Assembly (NCBI RefSeq): GCF_000737315.1
Contig: NZ_JMCB01000005.1
Span: 186,001-250,000 of the forward strand
DNA from: Hyalangium minutum
GTDB taxonomy: Bacteria > Myxococcota > Myxococcia > Myxococcales > Myxococcaceae
DNA length: 64,000 nucleotides
Direction: 5' to 3'
Shown: in pieces, positions 58,281-64,000 of the stretch
Layout of the letters: every line of letters begins with the position of its first letter
Numbering within the stretch: the first letter of the stretch is position 1
The notes under the pieces: model-generated
Seen by the model: the letters and a program-made list of their open reading frames with translations, nothing else
Databases searched by the model: none
Told to the model about the DNA's origin: nothing
Program-made: the position numbers and the translations under genes

Positions 58281-61200
58281 TCAGGGCGAGGGCTCCGCGC
58301 GGCGAGCCGGCGGCGCGGTGTGAGCCAGCGCCTCCGGGGTGACATGGGAGACGGTGGCCACGCCCTTGGCCATGGTGTGCGGGGGCTCCGCGTAGGCCAG
58401 GAGCACGTCGGCCTGGCCCGTCTCCTCGGGGGTGCGTGGGGAGAACACGGAGTTGAAGAACCGCTTCGCGCGCTCCGCGAGGCTGTCCAGCAGCGAGTAG
58501 GCCACCGGCGTCACTAGCAGCGTGAGCACCAGGGAGAGCGTCTGTCCGCCCACCACCACGCCCGCGGTGGCGCGGTTGAAGCCGGCGCCGATGCCCGTGG
58601 AGGTAACGAGCGGCAGCATGCCCGCCACGAACGAGAGCGTCGTCATGAGGATGGGGCGCAACCGGTCGCGGCTGCCCACGACGATGGCCTCGGTCTTCTC
58701 CAGGCCCGCGGCGCGCAGCTGGTTGGCGTGGTCGATCTGAAGGATGGAGTTCTTCTTCACCACGCCGAAGAGCACCATCAGGCCGAGCATCGAGTAGATG
58801 TCCAGGGACTGGCGGAACACGAGCAGCGAGATGAGGGCGAACGGGACGGTGAGCGGCAGCGAGAGGAGGATGGTGAGGGGGTGGAGCCAGCTCTCGAACT
58901 GCGCCGCCAGGATGAGGTACATGAAGACGAAGGCCAGGCCGAAGGCGATGGCGAAGTTCGTCATCGTGCGGCCAATCTCGCGCGACTGGCCCAGGGGCTT
59001 GGCCGAGTAGCCCGGCGGCAGCTTCAGGTCCTTCACGGCCTGCTCCAGCTGGGTCAGCACCGTGCCCGAGCCAGTGCCCGGCGCCGTGTTGGCGGTGAGC
59101 AGCACCTGGCGCTGGCGGTTGAGGCGGTTGATGGTGGCGGCGCCCTCCTCGTGCTCCACGTGGAGCACGTCCATCAGCGGCACGCTGCCCGCCCGGGCCG
59201 AGGGCACGGTGAGCTGCGAGAGCGCCTCCACGCTGTCACGGGCGGTGGGCTCGGCGCGCAGGCGCACGTCGTAGATGTTGCCGTTCTCCACATAGGAGGA
59301 GACCTCCACGCCGCCCACGAAGAGCTGAAGCGTGGCGGCCACGTCCGACACCTGCACGCCCAGGTCCGCGGCGCGCGAGCGGTTGATGAAGGCGCTCACC
59401 TCGGGCTTGCCGAGGATGAGGTTGGTGTCCGCGTCCACCGCGCCGGGGATGGCCTTGAGCTTCTCCTTGAGGGTGTTGGCGTACCGGGTCAGCTCCTTGA
59501 AGTCCGGACCGGTGACCACCATCATCACCGCGGCCTGGGTGCCGCCGCCGCTGAAGGCGGAGACCTCGGACACGTTCACGCGCCACTCCGGCGGCAGCTT
59601 GGAGGTGAAGTCGCGGCGCACGCGCGCCATCACCTGGTCCTGGCTCTCCTTGCGCGTGCTCGGGTGCGTCATCTGCACGAAAATCTTCGCCAAGTTGGGG
59701 GCGCGCTCGTTGTTGTCGCCAATGGTGACGAGCGTGGAGCGCACCTCGGGCAGCTCGCGCAGCTGGCGGCCCAGGCGCTCGGAGACGAGCTGAGTGGAGG
59801 CCAGGCTGGTGCCCTCGGGCATGCGCATGTTCACCTCGAACTGGGCCTCGTCGCTCTTGGGGAGGAAGCCCTTGGGCACCGCCTGCATCAGCGGCACGCA
59901 CGAGCCCAGGGTGGCGAACGCCATCACCACCGCCACCCACCGGTGCCGCAGCATCCACCGCAGCGACCGGTCATAGGCGCGCTCGATGGGCAGGTAGAAG
60001 GTGTCGGTGACGCGCTCCAGGAAGGGCTTCTGGTGGGCCCCGCCCTTGGGCGCGCTCAGCCACCGCGCCGACAGCATGGGCGTCAGCGAGAAGGACACCA
60101 GCAGGGACACGGCGATGGAGAACGCCATGGTCCACCCGAAGCTGCTGAGGAAGCGGCCGGGGATGCCGCCCATGAAGGCCATGGGCAGGAACACGGCGAT
60201 GAGCGACAGCGTGGTGGCGAGCACCGCCAGGCCAATCTCCTTCGTCGCGAGGATGGCGGCGGGGAAGGGCTTCTCTCCCTTCTCGTGGATGTGGCGGAAG
60301 ATGTTCTCCAGCACGACGATGGCGTCGTCGATGACGATGCCCACCGCCAGCGCCAGGGCCAGCAGGGTGATGGTGTTGAGGGTGAAGCCCTGGGCCTTCA
60401 TCAGCGCGAAGGTGGAGACGATGGAGGTGGGGATGGCGAGCGCGGCGATGAGGGTGGAGCGCCAGCTTCCCAAGAAGAGCAGCACCACCAGCGAGGCGAA
60501 CAGGCCGCCCAGCACGAGGTGCTCGCGCACGGCCTCCACGCTGGTGCGGGTGGTGGCCGAGTTGTCGCGCACCACCTCGAGCGTGTAGCCCGAGGGGAGG
60601 TTCGGGCGCAGCTGCGCCACGCGCTCGTTGATGGCGTCTACCACCGCCACGGTGTTCTCACCGGACTGCTTGCGGATGGAGAGCATGACGGACGGCTTGC
60701 CGTCCTGGCTCGCGGCGGTGACGGCCTCCTGCTCGCCGTCCTCCACGCGCGCCACGTCCGAGACGCGCAGGATGTGGCCATCGCGCTCGCGCAGCACCAG
60801 TTGGCCCAGCTCCTCCACCTTCTCCACACGGCCGCGCAGACGCAGCGACAAGCGCGTGGGGCCCGTCTCGATGGCACCGCCGGGCACCATGAGGTTCTGT
60901 CCGGAGATGGCGCGCTGCAGCTCCGCCGCGCTCACTCCGGCCGCCCGCATCTTCGCCGGGTCCAACCACACGTTCACCTGGCGCTTGCGGCCACCGATGA
61001 GGGTGACCTGGCCCACGCCGGGCACCGTCTCCAGGCTGGGGCGCACCTTGCGATCCGCCAGCTCGGTGATCTCCCGGATGGGCCGATCCGCGTTGAGCGA
61101 CAGGAAGAGCACCGGCGAGGCATCCGGATCCAGCTTCTGGACGATGGGCGTCTCCGCGTCGCGCGGCAGCTCGGGGATGATCTGGCTGACGCGGTCGCGC

Positions 61201-61526
61201 ACCTCCTGCACGGCGGTGTCCACGTCCTTCTCCAGGACGAAGCCGATCTGCACCACGCTCACGCCCTCGGAGGTGGTGGAGATGAGGTCGTCAATGCCGC
61301 TGACGGTGTTGACGGCCTCTTCGATTTTCTCGGTCACCTCCGTCTCCACCTCCGGCGGCGCGGCGCCGGGCAGGCGGGTGACGACGGTGACGAACGGCAA
61401 GTCCACCTTGGGGAAGCGGTCCACGCCGAGCTGCATGTAGCCAGCCACGCCGAGGACGCAGAAGAAGAGGATGAGCACCGTCGCGAGGACGGGCTTGCGG
61501 ACGCACAAGCTCGCGAGCCACTGCAT
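58281..61526 (-). CDS. RND efflux permease (HAE1, AcrB/MdtB-like)
   Basis: GIVIDDAIVVLENI, GVVKKNSIL, RLRPILMTT. Confidence 0.95.
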   Translation of the reverse strand: MQWLASLCVRKPVLATVLILFFCVLGVAGYMQLGVDRFPKVDLPFVTVVTRLPGAAPPEVETEVTEKIEEAVNTVSGIDDLISTTSEGVSVVQIGFVLEKDVDTAVQEVRDRVSQIIPELPRDAETPIVQKLDPDASPVLFLSLNADRPIREITELADRKVRPSLETVPGVGQVTLIGGRKRQVNVWLDPAKMRAAGVSAAELQRAISGQNLMVPGGAIETGPTRLSLRLRGRVEKVEELGQLVLRERDGHILRVSDVARVEDGEQEAVTAASQDGKPSVMLSIRKQSGENTVAVVDAINERVAQLRPNLPSGYTLEVVRDNSATTRTSVEAVREHLVLGGLFASLVVLLFLGSWRSTLIAALAIPTSIVSTFALMKAQGFTLNTITLLALALAVGIVIDDAIVVLENIFRHIHEKGEKPFPAAILATKEIGLAVLATTLSLIAVFLPMAFMGGIPGRFLSSFGWTMAFSIAVSLLVSFSLTPMLSARWLSAPKGGAHQKPFLERVTDTFYLPIERAYDRSLRWMLRHRWVAVVMAFATLGSCVPLMQAVPKGFLPKSDEAQFEVNMRMPEGTSLASTQLVSERLGRQLRELPEVRSTLVTIGDNNERAPNLAKIFVQMTHPSTRKESQDQVMARVRRDFTSKLPPEWRVNVSEVSAFSGGGTQAAVMMVVTGPDFKELTRYANTLKEKLKAIPGAVDADTNLILGKPEVSAFINRSRAADLGVQVSDVAATLQLFVGGVEVSSYVENGNIYDVRLRAEPTARDSVEALSQLTVPSARAGSVPLMDVLHVEHEEGAATINRLNRQRQVLLTANTAPGTGSGTVLTQLEQAVKDLKLPPGYSAKPLGQSREIGRTMTNFAIAFGLAFVFMYLILAAQFESWLHPLTILLSLPLTVPFALISLLVFRQSLDIYSMLGLMVLFGVVKKNSILQIDHANQLRAAGLEKTEAIVVGSRDRLRPILMTTLSFVAGMLPLVTSTGIGAGFNRATAGVVVGGQTLSLVLTLLVTPVAYSLLDSLAERAKRFFNSVFSPRTPEETGQADVLLAYAEPPHTMAKGVATVSHVTPEALAHTAPPARRAEPSP

Positions 61527-61547
61527 GACTGGACCTGAGCCTTTCGA

Positions 61548-62663
61548 CTACTGCAGCTTCACGCCGTCGCGGAGCTCCGCGCTGGCAGTGGCCACCACGC
61601 GCTCACCCGGGCGCACTCCGGACAGCACTCCCACCGTCGTCCCCACCGCCTCGCCGAGCTGCACCAGCCGCTCCTCGAGCTTGCCCTCGCTCGCCACGAA
61701 GACGCGCGACTCGCTGCCCTCGACGCGCACCGCCGTGCGAGGCACCACCGGCAGCGCCACGTCTCCCAGCCGCAGCTTCACGGTGGCGAACTGGCCCGGA
61801 ATCAGCTTGTGGCCGGGGTTGGGCACCAGCGCCTCGACGACCAAGTCACGCGTGCCGCGGCGCAGCGCCGGGCCCACGTAGGTGACGGTGGAGCGGTGCA
61901 CGGTGCCCGGGTCAGCGGTGAGGGTGAACTCTACCTCCTGGTTCTTCTGTACGCCGGTGGCCTGCGCCTCCGGCACGGTGATCTCCAAGCGGAGCGGGTC
62001 GGTGGCCAGCAGGGTGACGACGCGCGAGTCCTGGCGGACGTACTCGCCCACGCCCACGGCGCGCTCGGCCACCAGCCCGTCGAAGGGTGCGCGGATGGTG
62101 GTGTCCGCGAGGTTGTTCTCGATGAGGCTCAGGCGGGCCTCGGCGGCGGCGGCCTGAGCAGCGGCGTTGCGGCACTGCGCCTGCATCCGCTGGTGGTCCG
62201 CGGCGGAGACGGAGCCGCCCTCGAAGAGCTTGTCGTTGCGGGCGCAGTCGGCCTCGGCGAGCTCCTTCTGCGTGCGGGCCAGCTCCACCTGGGCGCGGGC
62301 CTCGGCGGCGCTGGCGCTGGCGGCGCGCGCATCCAGCCGGACGAGCACATCGCCCTTCTTTACCAGCGCGCCGCGCTCCACGTGCACGGAGAGCACTTTG
62401 CCTGCGGCGCCCGCAGCCACGTCCGAGTCCTCGAACGCGGTGAGCGAGCCGGTCAGCGTGAGGAAGCGGGGCACGGCGGCCTCTCCCACCACCACCGTGG
62501 AGGCCTGGACCGTGGGCATCGGCGCGGGGGCCACCTTCGCGGGAGCTGCGGCCTCATGGGAACCACAGCCTGCGCCCAGCACCGCCATCAGCCCACTCAG
62601 CCCCAGGGCCCACAGGCCAGACCGAGAGAAGGCGCCGCCCCCTCGAAGAAACCGCTGCCGCAT
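61548..62663 (-). CDS. RND periplasmic adaptor (membrane fusion protein)
   Basis: Lipobox GAGC, lipoyl halves VERGALVKKGDVL and IRAPFDG; start 62663 or 62705. Confidence 0.92.
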   Translation of the reverse strand: MRQRFLRGGGAFSRSGLWALGLSGLMAVLGAGCGSHEAAAPAKVAPAPMPTVQASTVVVGEAAVPRFLTLTGSLTAFEDSDVAAGAAGKVLSVHVERGALVKKGDVLVRLDARAASASAAEARAQVELARTQKELAEADCARNDKLFEGGSVSAADHQRMQAQCRNAAAQAAAAEARLSLIENNLADTTIRAPFDGLVAERAVGVGEYVRQDSRVVTLLATDPLRLEITVPEAQATGVQKNQEVEFTLTADPGTVHRSTVTYVGPALRRGTRDLVVEALVPNPGHKLIPGQFATVKLRLGDVALPVVPRTAVRVEGSESRVFVASEGKLEERLVQLGEAVGTTVGVLSGVRPGERVVATASAELRDGVKLQ

Positions 62664-62732
62664 GACTGCTCTCCTGCGCCCTGTCCGGAAATGGCCAGGT
62701 TCCATGGTGCACTGCACAACGAATGGGGCGAG

Positions 62733-62791
62733 CTTGTAGCCCTCAATAGTTGAGCATGTCAATTGTCGACCTGTAACGAGTGAATTACGAT
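62733..62791. promoter_or_regulatory. Divergent sigma70-like promoters overlapping a MarR-type operator
   Basis: Minus strand TTGACA(62762-62757)-N18-TACAAG; plus strand TTGTCG-N17-TACGAT; inverted repeats TTGA-gcatg-TCAA and CTCAA-tag-TTGAG. Confidence 0.6.
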
Positions 62792-62797
62792 GGAGCC

Positions 62798-63355
62798 ATG
62801 AGCAGGACGCACGGGGACAGGACGGAGGCACGCGCACGTCGAGGCGCGGAGGCAGCGGAGCCCGCGCAGCTTCAGGAGGAGCTGGCGCGCGAGGCGTGGG
62901 CACCGCTTTTCGAGCTCATCCAGGATCGGATGCGGCACTTTCCACTGCTGGCGGCGGAGTTCGAGCTGTCGCCGGTGCAGGCGCACGTGTTGAGGACGCT
63001 GGGGTACGGCCCGCAGCCGATGAGCATGTTGGCCGACTACCTCTCGTGTGACGCGTCGAACGTGACGGGGCTGGTGGACCGGCTGGAGACGCGGGGCCTG
63101 GTGGAGCGGCGCAACGCGGAGCACGACCGGCGGGTGAAGATGCTGTGCCTGACGGCGGCGGGCGCGGAGGTGCGACGCCGGCTGATGGAGCGGCTGAGCG
63201 AGCCGCCGGTGGCCATCGCCGCGCTCAGCGCGGAGGACCTGCGCGTGCTGCGGGACGTGATGCTGCGCGCGGTGGACAAGCTGAAGGAGCAGTCCCAGGA
63301 GGGGCGCGGCGTATTTGGTCCGCCGCCTCTGCGCGGCGAGAAGACGGGCCCTTAG
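62798..63355 (+). CDS. MarR family transcriptional regulator
   Basis: LSPVQAHVL, SNVTGLVDRLE.RGLVER, DRRVK..LT..G. Confidence 0.93.
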   Translation: MSRTHGDRTEARARRGAEAAEPAQLQEELAREAWAPLFELIQDRMRHFPLLAAEFELSPVQAHVLRTLGYGPQPMSMLADYLSCDASNVTGLVDRLETRGLVERRNAEHDRRVKMLCLTAAGAEVRRRLMERLSEPPVAIAALSAEDLRVLRDVMLRAVDKLKEQSQEGRGVFGPPPLRGEKTGP

Positions 63356-63454
63356 CGGCGCACGGTCCAGCCGCTCGCTCTGACAGCGGTCCTCCTTGGG
63401 AGCTCACGCATCGCCGCTCCAATCCGAGCCCTGGGTCCTGCTGGAGCTGGAACA

Positions 63455-63580
63455 GAGGCGCCGCATCCAGCGGCGCAGGTTGTCACCACCGGGAGGCCAC
63501 CAAGCGAACCAGTCGAAGCGCTCTTCGTAGAAGAAGGGTTCCAGCAGATGTGCCAGGGCCCGGTACTTCGGCACTGTCAG
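63455..63580 (-). pseudogene. C-terminal remnant resembling DUF3396-type immunity proteins
   Basis: VPKYRALAHLLEPFFYEE...NLRRWMRRL with no intact upstream portion; begins 14 nt after the preceding stop. Confidence 0.5.
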
Positions 63581-63594
63581 GCGCGCAGCCCCCC

Positions 63595-63999
63595 TCAGCG
63601 CGGAGTGACGCGCCCGCCGATCTCCGGGAAGCGCTCGTAGGCCCTCTTCAGGGCGTCCAGGTGGGCGGAGGTGCCGAGTTCCAGCGGTGCCTCCGTGAGC
63701 TGGACCACCCACCCGCCCGACGCCGTGCGCCGCGCCCGAGAGAGCAATTCGGCGTCGCGCGAGGGGTCTGGGAATCCGATGGCGCGTGCGGCAGCGGCCG
63801 ACCAATAGTTCAGCCACCCGAGGTGAGCGGGAATCTCAGGCGAGCGCAGGTGCTCGAAGAGTTGCAGGGCGGGCAGCCCCCGGCGTGGGGACGGCGGCCC
63901 CTCTGGCGTGGGCGCTGTCTGATACGCGATGTCGAGCGCAGCGTCATCTGGCGTCGCGCGCCCCCACAGAGCGCACGCCCCCTCCGCCACGCCCTCCAG
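63595..63999 (-). CDS. DUF5953-family putative immunity protein, 5'-truncated by window edge
   Basis: LGWLNYWSAAAARAIGFPDPSRDAELLSRARRTASGGWVVQLT...RAYERFPEIGGR; frame open to the edge. Confidence 0.8.
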   Translation of the reverse strand: MEGVAEGACALWGRATPDDAALDIAYQTAPTPEGPPSPRRGLPALQLFEHLRSPEIPAHLGWLNYWSAAAARAIGFPDPSRDAELLSRARRTASGGWVVQLTEAPLELGTSAHLDALKRAYERFPEIGGRVTPR

Positions 64000-64000
64000 C

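Noticed and set aside
58728-61538. 936-aa plus-strand ORF (and similar long shadows opposite argS, metK, ahcY, the P-type ATPase and the 763-aa gene)
   Set aside because: Exact antisense frames of well-supported genes; no motifs

Overview
High-GC myxobacterial chromosome segment (Cystobacterineae-like, judged from Myxococcales-restricted families) with about 49 protein-coding genes. No CRISPR array, rRNA, canonical tRNA or transposase was found. Left to right: an MbnP/MbnH-type metal (copper) cassette without methanobactin core genes, plus a lipoprotein cut by the left edge; a degenerate orphan ABC ATPase; MlaC-like + MMPL/RND + lipoprotein + MgtC; metK-ahcY; ychJ, uppP, a Nudix CoAse; an MBOAT + tandem-SGNH O-acetylation pair and manC; beta-helix and MYXO-CTERM surface proteins; argS; a two-gene RdgC-like pair; a Pkn1-like kinase with K-to-R at the catalytic lysine; DUF2378; a CotH lipoprotein; two tandem RCC1-repeat paralogs; pmm/pgm, FMN reductase, ROK kinase; a 763-aa unknown protein; a SitA6/SitI6-like toxin-immunity pair and a Ser/Thr kinase; a sugar ABC transporter with oxidoreductase; a P-type ATPase; DUF547 and HExxH/TPR proteins; a Rieske oxygenase and methyltransferase; a MarR-controlled RND-TolC pump; and an immunity gene plus immunity-gene remnant at the right edge. 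The observation least explained by these genes is a rod-shaped structured-RNA candidate with a tRNA-like module between ahcY and ychJ (about 12724-12879). All family assignments come from motif recognition; no database searches were run.
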